Shown piece by piece: positions 48,936 through 58,334 of a stretch of DNA of 64,000 nt; positions within the stretch are counted from its first letter, which is position 1, and each line of letters starts with the position of its first letter. The position numbers and the translations under genes are program-made. The notes under the pieces were generated by a model. That model did no database searches and was not told where the DNA came from. It saw nothing but the letters and a program-made list of their open reading frames with translations. The DNA is from an uncultured Caldimonas sp. (lineage in GTDB: Bacteria; Pseudomonadota; Gammaproteobacteria; Burkholderiales; Burkholderiaceae_C). The stretch is taken from positions 5,871-69,870 of the forward strand of contig CAZKGD010000006.1 in the NCBI GenBank assembly GCA_964552215.1, in the 5' to 3' direction.

Positions 48936-49820
48936 ATGAACACCTCCCAGGAATTCATCCTCACCCTGTCCTGCCAGGACGCCAAGGGCGTGGTCTACGC
49001 GGTGTCGGGCCTGCTCTACCAGGCCGGCTGCAACATCCTCGACTCCCAGCAATTCGGCGACGTGCAAAGCCCCGACGGCACGGGCCTGTTCTTCATGCGG
49101 GTGCATTTCGAGGCGCCTGAGCACTTGGCCGACGTGGCCACGCTGACCAAGCTCTTCGCGCATGTGCGCCAGCAGTTTGGCATGCAGGCGGCCTTCCACG
49201 CCCTGTCGCGCAAGCCGCGCGTGCTCATCATGGTGAGCAAGCACGGCCACTGTCTGAACGACCTGCTGTTCCGTCGTCAGTCGGGGCAGCTCCACATCGA
49301 GGTGCCGGCCATCGTGTCCAACCACCCCGATTTCGCCGAGCTGGCCGCCAGCTACGGCATCCCCTTCCACCACCTGCCCCTGCCCACCGGCGCCTCGGCA
49401 GAGGCCAAGCGTGCGCAGGAGCGCCAGGTGGAGCGGCTCGTCACCGAGCATGACGTCGACCTGGTGGTGCTGGCGCGCTACATGCAGATCCTCAGCCCCG
49501 AGTTCTGCGACTTCCTCAAGGGCCGCGCGATCAACATCCACCACAGCTTCCTGCCCAGCTTCAAGGGCGCCAAGCCCTACTACCAGGCTCACGACCGCGG
49601 CGTGAAGCTGATCGGTGCGACCGCCCACTACGTCACGGCCGACCTCGACGAAGGCCCGATCATCGAGCAGGATGTGGAGCGCGTGGACCACAGCCTCAGC
49701 CCCGAGGACTTCACGGCCGTCGGCCGCGACGTCGAATGCGTGGTGCTCGCGCGAGCGGTGCGCTGGCACGTGGAGCACCGCGTGCTGCTGAACGGCCACA
49801 AGGCCATCGTCTTCAAGTAA
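48936..49820 (+). CDS. purU: Formyltetrahydrofolate deformylase
   Basis: ACT N-terminus, LARYMQIL, INIHHSFLP and GATAHYVT..LDEGPII motifs. Confidence 0.96.
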   Translation: MNTSQEFILTLSCQDAKGVVYAVSGLLYQAGCNILDSQQFGDVQSPDGTGLFFMRVHFEAPEHLADVATLTKLFAHVRQQFGMQAAFHALSRKPRVLIMVSKHGHCLNDLLFRRQSGQLHIEVPAIVSNHPDFAELAASYGIPFHHLPLPTGASAEAKRAQERQVERLVTEHDVDLVVLARYMQILSPEFCDFLKGRAINIHHSFLPSFKGAKPYYQAHDRGVKLIGATAHYVTADLDEGPIIEQDVERVDHSLSPEDFTAVGRDVECVVLARAVRWHVEHRVLLNGHKAIVFK

Positions 49821-49835
49821 CCCCAAGGCCTGCCC

Positions 49836-50273
49836 ATGCCCCGCCCGCTCGCGCCCCTGGCTTCGCCCGACGACACCGAGGCCCAGTTCTACGAGGCCCT
49901 GCAGCAAGGCGACATCGACAAGCTGATGGCCGTGTGGGCTGACGATGACGAAGTCGTGTGCGTGCATCCGGGCGGGCCGCGCGTGGTCGGGCTCGGCGCC
50001 ATCCGCGCGCAGTTCGAGGCGATGTTCGCCAACGGCAGCATCCAGGCCCAGCCGGAGAAGGTGCGCCGCGTGCACAGCCACGACAGCGCCGTGCACAGCG
50101 TGGTCGAGCAGGTGCGCGTGATGACCGAGGACGGCCCGCGCTCGGCGCATGTGATCGCCACCAACGTCTACGTCAAGACGGCGCAGGGCTGGCGCATGGT
50201 CTGCCACCACGCCAGCCCCGGCACCCCGCGCGAGCTGCCCGAAATCTCCGAAGCCCCCACCACGCTGCACTGA
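49836..50273 (+). CDS. SnoaL/NTF2-like domain protein
   Basis: FYEAL..GD, CVHPGG and ATNVY...GWRMVCHHAS motifs. Confidence 0.85.
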   Translation: MPRPLAPLASPDDTEAQFYEALQQGDIDKLMAVWADDDEVVCVHPGGPRVVGLGAIRAQFEAMFANGSIQAQPEKVRRVHSHDSAVHSVVEQVRVMTEDGPRSAHVIATNVYVKTAQGWRMVCHHASPGTPRELPEISEAPTTLH

Positions 50274-50277
50274 GGCC

Positions 50278-51273
50278 ATGTTCGACTACCGCGCCCCGCG
50301 CTGGCTGGCCGGGTCGGGCCCGGTCGGCGGCAATGCCCAGACCATCTGGCCCGCGCTCTTCTCGCGCCGCTTCCTCGGGCCCCGGCCCGTCTATGCACGC
50401 GAGCGCTGGGCCACGCCGGACGGCGACTTTATCGACGTCGACCGGCTCGTGCCACCCGCCCCCGGCCTGCCCGACGACGCCCCGTTGCTGGTGCTCTTCC
50501 ACGGCCTGGAGGGCTCCTCGCGCAGCCACTACGCCGAAGCCTTCGCCCACTGGGCCCATCAACGCCGCTGGCACTACGCCGTGCCGCACTTCCGTGGTTG
50601 TTCGGGCGAACTGAACCTGGCGCCGCGCGCCTACCACTCGGGCGACTTCGAGGAAGTCGGCTGGATCCTGGAACGCTTTCGGGCAGCCCACCGCGGCCCG
50701 ATGCTTGCCGTGGGCATCTCGCTGGGCGGCAATGCGCTGCTGCGCTGGGCCGAGGAAGCCGGCGAGACGGCCTCGCACACCGTGCACGCCGTGTGTGCCG
50801 TGAGTTCCCCCATCGACCTGGCCGCTGGTGGCCAGGCCATCGGCCAGGGCTTCAACCGCCTGGTCTACACGCGCATGTTCCTGCGCACCATGAAGCCCAA
50901 GGCCCTGCGCAAGCTGGCCCAGCACCCGGGCCTCTTCGACCGCGAACGCCTGCTCGCCGCGCGCGACCTCTACGAGTTCGACGACGTCTTCACCGCGCCG
51001 CTGCACGGCTTCCGCGACACGCCGGACTACTGGGCGCGCGCCTCGTCCAAGCCCCACCTGCACCAGATCCGCATCCCCGCCCTGGTGCTCAATGCCCGCA
51101 ACGATCCCTTCGTGCCGGCGTCCAGCCTGCCCGCCCCGGCCGACGTGGGCCCCTGCGTGACACTGTGGCAGCCGGCGCACGGCGGCCATGTGGGCTTCCC
51201 CTCCGGTACGCCGCCCGGCCACGTGATGACCCTGCCACAAGCGGTGGTCGGGTGGCTGCACGCGCAGCTTTGA
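50278..51273 (+). CDS. YheT-family alpha/beta hydrolase
   Basis: FHGLEGSS, GISLGGN, NDPF and GGHVGF motifs. Confidence 0.9.
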   Translation: MFDYRAPRWLAGSGPVGGNAQTIWPALFSRRFLGPRPVYARERWATPDGDFIDVDRLVPPAPGLPDDAPLLVLFHGLEGSSRSHYAEAFAHWAHQRRWHYAVPHFRGCSGELNLAPRAYHSGDFEEVGWILERFRAAHRGPMLAVGISLGGNALLRWAEEAGETASHTVHAVCAVSSPIDLAAGGQAIGQGFNRLVYTRMFLRTMKPKALRKLAQHPGLFDRERLLAARDLYEFDDVFTAPLHGFRDTPDYWARASSKPHLHQIRIPALVLNARNDPFVPASSLPAPADVGPCVTLWQPAHGGHVGFPSGTPPGHVMTLPQAVVGWLHAQL

Positions 51274-51287
51274 CCGATCATTGGCGC

Positions 51288-51836
51288 ATGGACGACATCG
51301 TCAAGGCAGCCCTGAAGAAGTGGCCCAACGTACCCGCCTGCCGCGGCTGGCTGGCCCTGGACGCACGCGGCGAGTGGTACATGCGCGACGACCGCATCCA
51401 GGCCGCCGGCCCCTTTCCCGCCGTGAAGGGCAGCCGCATCACGCACGACAAGCTGCGCGAGTTCATCCACCGCAACTACGAGGCCGACAACGAGGGTCAG
51501 TGGTACTTCCAGAACGGCCCTCAGCGTGTGTATGTGGAACTCGAGGCCACGCCCTGGGTGTGGCGCGTGCGCAGTCGCGGACCGAGCCAGGCGCCCGAGG
51601 TGGTGAGCCACACGGGCCGAAGCGTCGGTGAGGTACAGGCCAGCCTGGTGGACGAAGCCGGTCGCCTCTACCTCGTCACCGGCCTGGGGCCGGGCATCGT
51701 CCACACCCAGGACATGCACGATGCGGCCCAGGCGATCGAGGATGGCCTGTGGGTGCCCGAGGCGGTCCGCTCGGACGACCTGCCGGCCCGGTACGGTTAC
51801 GTGCGCAGCCCCCAGGCGGCCCAGGCGCAGGCGTGA
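51288..51836 (+). CDS. DUF2946-like conserved protein
   Basis: MDDIVKAALKKWPNVP and WYFQNGPQRVYVEL motifs. Confidence 0.8.
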   Translation: MDDIVKAALKKWPNVPACRGWLALDARGEWYMRDDRIQAAGPFPAVKGSRITHDKLREFIHRNYEADNEGQWYFQNGPQRVYVELEATPWVWRVRSRGPSQAPEVVSHTGRSVGEVQASLVDEAGRLYLVTGLGPGIVHTQDMHDAAQAIEDGLWVPEAVRSDDLPARYGYVRSPQAAQAQA

Positions 51837-51867
51837 AAAAGCCGGCACGGGGCCGGCTTTTTCACGC
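51831..51867. terminator. Bidirectional intrinsic terminator
   Basis: GCGTGAAAAAGCCGGC-N5-GCCGGCTTTTTCACGC between convergent genes. Confidence 0.9.
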
Positions 51868-51885
51868 ATCAGGCGGCGCCAGATT

Positions 51886-52431
51886 TCACTGGGAGGCCGC
51901 AGCCTCCGCGGCCGGCGCCTGCGGCTCGGGCAGGTTCGCGCCAGAGTTGTTGGTCATGTAGACCACCGCACGACCGATTTCCAGGTCGGTGAACTCGCCA
52001 CCGCCTTGCGCGCCCATGGCGCCCTTGCCCTTGAGCGCCGCATTCAGCAGGGCCTCGTAGCCGGTGGCCACGCGCGGTGCCCAGGCCCCAGCGTCGCCCA
52101 GCTTGGGCGCGCCGGCCACGCCCGCGTCATGGCACACCGCGCACTGGGCCTTGTACACCTCCTGGCCAGCGCGCAGGACGCGCGGCGCGGAGGCATCGCG
52201 CAACTCGACCGTGCCGATGGGCTGCAGGCGTGCGGCAATCGCCTCGTCGGTGAAGGCATCGCTGCCGGCGGCAGGCTTGTTGCCCGACACGACGAAGTTC
52301 ACCAGCAGGATGATGCCGACGATCGGCACCAGGAAGGAAAAGAAGACCGCCAGCACCAGTTGTTTGGGCGTCTTCACCGGCCCTTCATGGGGTGCATCGT
52401 GCTCGTCGTGGGAATGTGCTTTGTCGCTCAT
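51886..52431 (-). CDS. Membrane-anchored cytochrome c5
   Basis: Single CAVCH haem motif, GAPKLGD..AW and KGAM; N-terminal TM. Confidence 0.9.
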   Translation of the reverse strand: MSDKAHSHDEHDAPHEGPVKTPKQLVLAVFFSFLVPIVGIILLVNFVVSGNKPAAGSDAFTDEAIAARLQPIGTVELRDASAPRVLRAGQEVYKAQCAVCHDAGVAGAPKLGDAGAWAPRVATGYEALLNAALKGKGAMGAQGGGEFTDLEIGRAVVYMTNNSGANLPEPQAPAAEAAASQ

Positions 52432-52580
52432 GTTGGGGAAATCCTCGGCGGGGACCGGTCGTCGACCGCTGCCCTGCAATGTCGTGACCTGCAGGCGGCA
52501 GCGCAAAACCCATCGATTATAGACGGAGCGCCGCGCGCGCCCCAGTGCGGGCCTCGCCCACTGCTAGAATGATGATTTTG

Positions 52581-52656
52581 GCGCCCGTAGCTCAGTGGAT
52601 AGAGTATTGGCCTCCGAAGCCAAGGGTCGCTGGTTCGATTCCAGCCGGGCGCGCCA
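52581..52656 (+). tRNA. tRNA-Arg (anticodon CCG)
   Basis: GCGCCCG/CGGGCGC acceptor stem, TTGGC-CTCCGAA-GCCAA anticodon arm, GGTTCGATTCC T-loop, encoded CCA. TGCTAGAAT extended -10 upstream. Confidence 0.97.
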
Positions 52657-52669
52657 GGTCCCCCACGCC

Positions 52670-53086
52670 ATGTTGATACGACTCATCTACGCCAGCCGTG
52701 CCCGCAACCTGGGCCCGGCGGACGTGAAGGACATCCTGGACCGCTCCCGGCACAACAATCAGGCGCTTGGCGTGACCGGTGCCCTTTGTCTGTCCAACGG
52801 CATCTTCCTGCAATGTCTGGAGGGGGATCGGGCCGTCGTCAACACCTTGTACCACCGCATCCTTCTCGACTCACGTCACCAGGACCCGGCCATCCTGGAC
52901 TTCGAGGAAATCGTCCATCGCCAGTTCGGCAGCTGGTCGATGGGGCTGGTCAGCACGGTGGCCGAGAACCAGGCACTGTTCCTCAAGTACGCCTCGGGGC
53001 CGCGGTTCGACCCTTACGAGATGCGCCCCGCGACGCTGCGCGCGTTTTTCTCGGAGCTGATGGACAGCGCTCGCTGGATCGGTTGA
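52670..53086 (+). CDS. Short BLUF blue-light photoreceptor
   Basis: LIYASR (Tyr), NN..GVTGAL, FLQCLEG (Gln), DSRH and FGSWSM (Trp/Met). Confidence 0.92.
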   Translation: MLIRLIYASRARNLGPADVKDILDRSRHNNQALGVTGALCLSNGIFLQCLEGDRAVVNTLYHRILLDSRHQDPAILDFEEIVHRQFGSWSMGLVSTVAENQALFLKYASGPRFDPYEMRPATLRAFFSELMDSARWIG

Positions 53087-53134
53087 CGGCCCCCCGCTGC
53101 GATCCGGCGACCCCGCGACGCCCCCGTCAACGCC

Positions 53135-53695
53135 ATGCGCCAGTTCATCCGCAAATGGATCCCCACTGAAGAAACCCTGCGCGCCCATCCGTCGCTGCGC
53201 TGGATGGGCCCCTTGCTGCGCCGGCCCTGGCTGTGGCATCTCAGCCGGCGGCGCGTGGCGCTGGGGGCCGGGCTCGGGGTCTTCTTCGGCTTCCTGATCC
53301 CGGTGCTGCAGATCCTCGGTGCCGCGATCTTTGCGGTGCTGCTGCGCGCCAACCTGCCGGTCGCGGCGGCGGCCACGCTGGTGTCCAACCCGCTCACCTA
53401 CGCGCCCATCTTCGTGCTGGCCTACCGCACCGGGGCCGCAATGCTGGGCGAGCCGGTCGAGCCCGACAAGGCCGAAGCCCTGGTCGAGGCCGCAGAAGCT
53501 GAAGACGACCGCTCCTGGGTCGACCGCGCCAAGGCCATCGGCAAACCCCTGTTCCTCGGGCTGGCGGTGTTCGCCGCGGTCGGAGGCCTCCTGGCCTGGA
53601 CGGCTGTCCATCTCCTGTGGACCCTGGCCGTGTGGTTGCGGCGTCGCCGGGGCGCCCACCGGCGCCGATCGCCACCACCACCGGCTGCGCAGTGA
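53135..53695 (+). CDS. DUF2062 membrane protein
   Basis: LWHLSRRRVALG, LRANLP and VSNPLTY motifs. Confidence 0.85.
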   Translation: MRQFIRKWIPTEETLRAHPSLRWMGPLLRRPWLWHLSRRRVALGAGLGVFFGFLIPVLQILGAAIFAVLLRANLPVAAAATLVSNPLTYAPIFVLAYRTGAAMLGEPVEPDKAEALVEAAEAEDDRSWVDRAKAIGKPLFLGLAVFAAVGGLLAWTAVHLLWTLAVWLRRRRGAHRRRSPPPPAAQ

Positions 53696-53784
53696 GACAC
53701 CTGTCACGGCCGCCGCGCCGCAGGGCAGGGTGTACCGGGGCCATGGGTTCCGACGGGGCGAACCCTGCGCTACCCTTGGCGCCC

Positions 53785-54669
53785 ATGTCAGCGACCCCCC
53801 TCCTCCTGCCGGGCCGCACACGCCAGCGCGGTGGGCTGGCCGTCGTGGCCGTCGCCCTGGCCGTGCTGGCCGGCTGCTCCTCGGCCCCGCGCGGTGGCGG
53901 CTACTACCAGAACGACGGGCCAGGCAGCCGCCCGGCCTCCGAGCTGGACCGCGTCCCGGACGCCGTGCCGCGTATCGAACCCCTGGCCAGCGGGCCCAAC
54001 CGTCCATACGCGGTGCGCGGGCGCAGCTACACCCCCCAGACTGCCGACCGTGCCTACCGGCAGCGCGGCCTGGCGTCGTGGTACGGCCGTCAGTTCCATG
54101 GCCGGCCCACGGCCAGCGGCGAGCCCTACGACATGTATGCGATGACGGCCGCGCATCCGACACTGCCCATCCCGAGCTATGTGCGCGTGCGCCACCTGGG
54201 CAATGGCCGCGAGGTGATCGTGAGGGTGAACGACCGCGGCCCCTTCATCAGCGGGCGCATCATCGACCTGAGCTACGCCGCCGCCCACCGGCTGGGCTAC
54301 ATCGCGCAGGGCCATGCGGAGGTGGAAATCGAGCGCATCACCCATGACGAGATCCGGGCCGGACGCTGGCAGCGCGAGGCCGCGCCGACGCCCGAGCCCA
54401 TCCTCGTGCGCACCACGCCGCCGCCAGCCGCGAGTGCCGGTGGCTACTGGGTGCAGCTCGGCGCCTTCCGCCAGCGCGACGGCGCCGAGAGCTTCATGGG
54501 CCAGGTGGGCGCCCAGGTCGAGTGGCTGGCACCGCTGCTGACCATCTTCACCGAGGCCTCGCTGCATCGCCTGCAGGCGGGGCCCTATGCGAGCCGCATC
54601 GAGGCCAGTGCTGCGGCACAGCGCATCCGCGACGCACTGCAGCTCGTGCCCACCGTCGTGGAACGTTGA
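53785..54669 (+). CDS. rlpA: Septal ring lytic transglycosylase RlpA
   Basis: Lipobox LAGC, GLASWYG..FHG, TAAHPTLP, VNDRGPF and a SPOR domain. Confidence 0.93.
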   Translation: MSATPLLLPGRTRQRGGLAVVAVALAVLAGCSSAPRGGGYYQNDGPGSRPASELDRVPDAVPRIEPLASGPNRPYAVRGRSYTPQTADRAYRQRGLASWYGRQFHGRPTASGEPYDMYAMTAAHPTLPIPSYVRVRHLGNGREVIVRVNDRGPFISGRIIDLSYAAAHRLGYIAQGHAEVEIERITHDEIRAGRWQREAAPTPEPILVRTTPPPAASAGGYWVQLGAFRQRDGAESFMGQVGAQVEWLAPLLTIFTEASLHRLQAGPYASRIEASAAAQRIRDALQLVPTVVER

Positions 54670-54670
54670 C

Positions 54671-55615
54671 TCAGGCGCCGTCTTCCGCGGCTGCACGCAA
54701 GGCCAGCGCACGCTCGTAGAGGGCGTTGCGTGGCACACCGGTGTGCTCGGCCAGCAGGGCCACGGCCTGCTTGAGCGGCAGGGCCTGGATCAGCGCGCGC
54801 AGCAGGGGCTCGGCACGCGCCAGGCCGTCGTCATCGCCTGCGTGCAGCGGCGCATGCAGCACCAGCACGAATTCGCCCTTGCGCCGGTGCGCGTCGGCGG
54901 CCAGCCAGTCCGGTAAGGCCTGTGTCGTCAGTGTGACGATGGTTTCAAACTGCTTCGTCAGCTCACGCGCCACCGTGAGCGTGCGCCCCGGGCAAGCCTG
55001 CGCCAGAGCGCGGGCCAGGGCCTCGATGCGGTGGGGCGACTCGAAGAGGACCTGGCTCATCGGCCGCGCCGCGACCGTGCGCAGGGCCTCGTCGAGTTCG
55101 CGCGGCTTCGTGGGAAGGAAGCCGACGAAGCAGAAACCACTCGCATGGGTATCGCCCGCCACGCTCAGGGCCGCCGTGGCGCTGCTGGCGCCCGGGATGG
55201 GAACCACGCCCGCGCCGGCCTCCCGCACGGCCGCCACCAGGCGCGCACCGGGATCGGACACGGCCGGCGTGCCGGCGTCGCTCACATAGGCCACGCGTTC
55301 GCCCCGCTGCAGCCGGGCGATCACACCTTGCGCCGCTTCACGCTCGTTGTGCTCGTGCACGGCCAGCAGGGGCTTGTCGATGCCGAAATGGCGCAGCAAG
55401 GGGGCGGTGTGGCGCGTATCCTCGCAGGCGATGGCGTCCACGCCATGCAGCACATGCAGCGCACGCAGGCTCAGGTCGGCCAGATTGCCGATGGGGGTGG
55501 CCACGACGTACAGTGCGCCCGCAGGCAGATGCTGTGCACCGGCGGCACGGGCTGCCGCCTCGCGCCACAACGCGGCATCGGACGCCAGGGAGGAAGGGGA
55601 GGACGGTGTGTTCAC
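54671..55615 (-). CDS. rsmI: 16S rRNA C1402 2'-O-methyltransferase
   Basis: LYVVATPIGNL, CEDTR, SDAGTPAVSDPG and RELTK motifs; start codon uncertain. Confidence 0.93.
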   Translation of the reverse strand: MNTPSSPSSLASDAALWREAAARAAGAQHLPAGALYVVATPIGNLADLSLRALHVLHGVDAIACEDTRHTAPLLRHFGIDKPLLAVHEHNEREAAQGVIARLQRGERVAYVSDAGTPAVSDPGARLVAAVREAGAGVVPIPGASSATAALSVAGDTHASGFCFVGFLPTKPRELDEALRTVAARPMSQVLFESPHRIEALARALAQACPGRTLTVARELTKQFETIVTLTTQALPDWLAADAHRRKGEFVLVLHAPLHAGDDDGLARAEPLLRALIQALPLKQAVALLAEHTGVPRNALYERALALRAAAEDGA

Positions 55616-55976
55616 GACCAAGCATAAGGGAGATGCTGCCGAGCAGCGGGCCCTCACGCATCTGGAAGAGGCCGGGCTGAGGCTCGTCGAGCGCAATTAT
55701 CGGGTGGCTCGCGGCCCCAGGGCGCGCGCCGGCGAAGTGGACCTCATCATGCGCGAACGGGATGGGACGCTGGTCTTCGTGGAGGTGCGCGAGCGCGCCA
55801 GCGCCGACCACGGCGGCGCGGCGGCCAGCATCACCGCGGCCAAGCAGCGGTCCATCATCCTGGCGGCGCGGCATTACCTGCTGCGACTGGGGTCGCCGCC
55901 GCCTTGCCGCTTCGATGTGGTGGCCATCGATGCCGGTCGGCTGCGGTGGCTCAAGGCAGCCTTCGACGCCTCGTGA
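55608..55976 (+). CDS. yraN: YraN family putative endonuclease
   Basis: G..AE..A, ERNY, GEVDLIM, FVEVR and CRFDVV motifs; GTG start after GGAGG. Confidence 0.88.
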   Translation: MFTTKHKGDAAEQRALTHLEEAGLRLVERNYRVARGPRARAGEVDLIMRERDGTLVFVEVRERASADHGGAAASITAAKQRSIILAARHYLLRLGSPPPCRFDVVAIDAGRLRWLKAAFDAS

Positions 55977-56075
55977 CCCTCGGTCAACGCCTGGACACCA
56001 AGGCCCGTTTGTCCTTCGACGTCGGAACCTTCTTGCCCTTCGGAGGCTCCATGTCGCTGACTTATCATGCCGCCC

Positions 56076-56666
56076 ATGCTTGAACAACGCATCCAGCAGC
56101 AGTTCTTCGAGAGCGCAGACCTCAAGTACCAGAGCGCCGACCAGCTGGCGCGCCCGATCGCCGAGGCGGCGCAGGCCATCGTCGGCTGTCTGACGGCGGG
56201 CGGCAAGGTGCTCAGTTGCGGCAATGGCGGCTCGGCCGGCAACGCCCAGCACGTGGCCTCGTTGCTGGTGGGGCGCTTCGAGCGCGAGCGCCCTGGCCTG
56301 GCCGCGCTGGCGCTGGGTGCCGACGCCACCCACTATGGCGGCTTCGGTGTCGACCCGGCCCTGGTCTTTGCCAAGCAGGTACAGGCCCTGGGGCAACCCG
56401 GCGACGTGCTGCTTGCGCTGTCGGCCAGCGGCAGCTCGGCCACGGTGCTGGCCGCCGTGCAGGCCGCCCACGACAAGGACATGACCGTCATCGCGCTGAC
56501 GGGCAAGGGCGGCGGCAAGCTCAAGGACCTGCTGGCCGAAACCGACGTCCACATCGCCGTCCCCCACGAGCGTCAGGCCCGCGTGCAGGAGGTCCACCTT
56601 CTGGCCCTGCACTGCCTGTGCGACGCGGTGGACACCCAGTTGCTTGGAGAACAGGATCACCCATGA
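56076..56666 (+). CDS. gmhA: SIS-domain phosphoheptose isomerase/DiaA-like protein
   Basis: CGNGGS, GRFERERP and RVQEVH..LHCLC motifs. Confidence 0.85.
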   Translation: MLEQRIQQQFFESADLKYQSADQLARPIAEAAQAIVGCLTAGGKVLSCGNGGSAGNAQHVASLLVGRFERERPGLAALALGADATHYGGFGVDPALVFAKQVQALGQPGDVLLALSASGSSATVLAAVQAAHDKDMTVIALTGKGGGKLKDLLAETDVHIAVPHERQARVQEVHLLALHCLCDAVDTQLLGEQDHP

Positions 56667-57331
56667 AGCCATCCCTCACTCATTCCCGCACGCTGCGCCC
56701 GCTGGCTGCCGTCGTGGCGGCGCTCAGCCTGGTGGCCGGGCTGTCGGCCTGCGCCCCGTTGCTGGTGGGCGGCGCCGTGGTCGGCTCGGTGATGATCGCC
56801 GGCGATCGGCGCAGCTCGGGCGCCCAGCTGGACGATCAAGCCATCGAGCTCAAGGCCATGAACCGCATCCGCGAGGCCTTCAGCGAGCAGCGCGTGCACG
56901 TCAACGTGACCAGCTACAACCGCATGGTGCTGCTGACCGGCGAAGTCGGCAGTGAAGAAGATAAGCAGCGGGTGGAGCGCATCGTGGCGGGCGTGGACAA
57001 CGTGCGCTCGATCGTGAACGAGCTGGCAGTGATGGGCGTGAGCTCGCTCACCTCACGTTCGAACGATGTGATCCTGGGTGGCAAGGTCAAGGCCACACTG
57101 GTCGATGCGCGCGATATCCAGGCCCAGGCAGTGAAGGTGATCGCCGAGCGAGGGACCGTCTACCTGATGGGCCGCGTGACCGAGCGCGAGGCCAAGCGCG
57201 CCGCCGAACTCACCCGCAGCGTGGGCGGCGTGGCCAAGGTGGTGACGGTGTTCGAGCTGATCACCGAGGAAGAGCTGGCCCGCCTTCAGCCCAACCGCCC
57301 CTCTCCGGCAGGCGCCACCCCGAGCCAGTGA
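56663..57331 (+). CDS. Dual BON-domain lipoprotein (YraP/DolP-like)
   Basis: Lipobox LSAC, DRRS.G...DD and two BON repeats. Confidence 0.9.
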   Translation: MKPSLTHSRTLRPLAAVVAALSLVAGLSACAPLLVGGAVVGSVMIAGDRRSSGAQLDDQAIELKAMNRIREAFSEQRVHVNVTSYNRMVLLTGEVGSEEDKQRVERIVAGVDNVRSIVNELAVMGVSSLTSRSNDVILGGKVKATLVDARDIQAQAVKVIAERGTVYLMGRVTEREAKRAAELTRSVGGVAKVVTVFELITEEELARLQPNRPSPAGATPSQ

Positions 57332-57332
57332 G

Positions 57333-58226
57333 TCACTTCAGGCGGCGGATCAGGCTGGAGGTGTCCCAGCGGCCGCCGCCCATCGACTGCACATCGCCGT
57401 AGAACTGGTCCACCAGGGCCGTGACCGGCAGGCGGGCGCCGTTGCGCCGCGCCTCTTCCAGGCACAGGCCGAGGTCCTTGCGCATCCAGTCCACGGCAAA
57501 GCCGAAGTCGAAGCGGTCTTCCACCATCGTGGGGCCGCGGTTGTCCATCTGCCAGCTCTGGGCCGCCCCCTTGCCAATCACCTCCAGCACGGCCTTCATG
57601 TCCAGGCCGGCGCGTTGACCAAAGGCAACGGCCTCGGACAGGCCCTGCACCAGGCCGGCGATCGCGATCTGGTTCACCATCTTGGCCAGCTGGCCGGCCC
57701 CCTGCTCGCCCAGCAGGGTCACGGCCTTGGCAAAGGCCATCGCCACGGGCTGGGCCTTGGCAAACGCCACGGCCGGGCCGCCGCACATCACGGTGAGCAC
57801 GCCATTGAGCGCGCCCAGGTTGCCCCCGGACACCGGGGCATCGATGAAGGCCAGGCCGCGGGCCTCGGCCTGCGCGCCCAGCTCACGCGCCACCTCGGCC
57901 GAGGCCGTGGTGTGGTCCATGAAGATCGCCCCAGGTTGCATGCCCGCGAACGCCCCGTCCTCGCCCAGCACCACCGAACGCAGGTCGTCGTCATTGCCGA
58001 CGCAGGCAAAGACGATGTCGGCGCCCCGGGCGGCCTCCCGCGGCGTGGGCGCACTGGCCCCGCCGTACTCGGCCACCCACTGCTGCGCCTTGGCCGCCGT
58101 GCGGTTGTACACCGTCACACGGTGCCCGGCGCGGGCCAGGTGCGCGGCCATGGGGTAGCCCATCACCCCCAGGCCCAGGAAGGCCACGGTGTGCGGCACG
58201 ATCTCAGCATACGTCTTCGAGTTCAT
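57333..58226 (-). CDS. NAD(P)-dependent beta-hydroxyacid dehydrogenase (3-HIBADH family)
   Basis: FLGLGVMGYPMA, DAPVSGG and KMVNQ motifs. Confidence 0.92.
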   Translation of the reverse strand: MNSKTYAEIVPHTVAFLGLGVMGYPMAAHLARAGHRVTVYNRTAAKAQQWVAEYGGASAPTPREAARGADIVFACVGNDDDLRSVVLGEDGAFAGMQPGAIFMDHTTASAEVARELGAQAEARGLAFIDAPVSGGNLGALNGVLTVMCGGPAVAFAKAQPVAMAFAKAVTLLGEQGAGQLAKMVNQIAIAGLVQGLSEAVAFGQRAGLDMKAVLEVIGKGAAQSWQMDNRGPTMVEDRFDFGFAVDWMRKDLGLCLEEARRNGARLPVTALVDQFYGDVQSMGGGRWDTSSLIRRLK

Positions 58227-58258
58227 ACAGCCAGGTCCTCGGTGAATCGGTTTCACGC

Positions 58259-58333
58259 AGACGCCGCGGATCCGGCTAGGCCGGTCCGCCAGCGTCGCCC
58301 CCTTGAGGGGGCGCGCGAAGCGCGTAGGGGTGG
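58259..58333. repeat. Multi-hairpin REP-like extragenic element
   Basis: GCGGATCCGGC-TAG-GCCGGTCCGC, CCCCCT-TG-AGGGGG and CGCGC-GAA-GCGCG hairpins in tandem. Only one copy in the window. Confidence 0.6.
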
Positions 58334-58334
58334 G

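Noticed and set aside
52581..53700. Genomic island integrated at tRNA-Arg
   Set aside because: No integrase, no duplicated tRNA 3' end noticed by eye, and core genes (rlpA, rsmI) follow closely.
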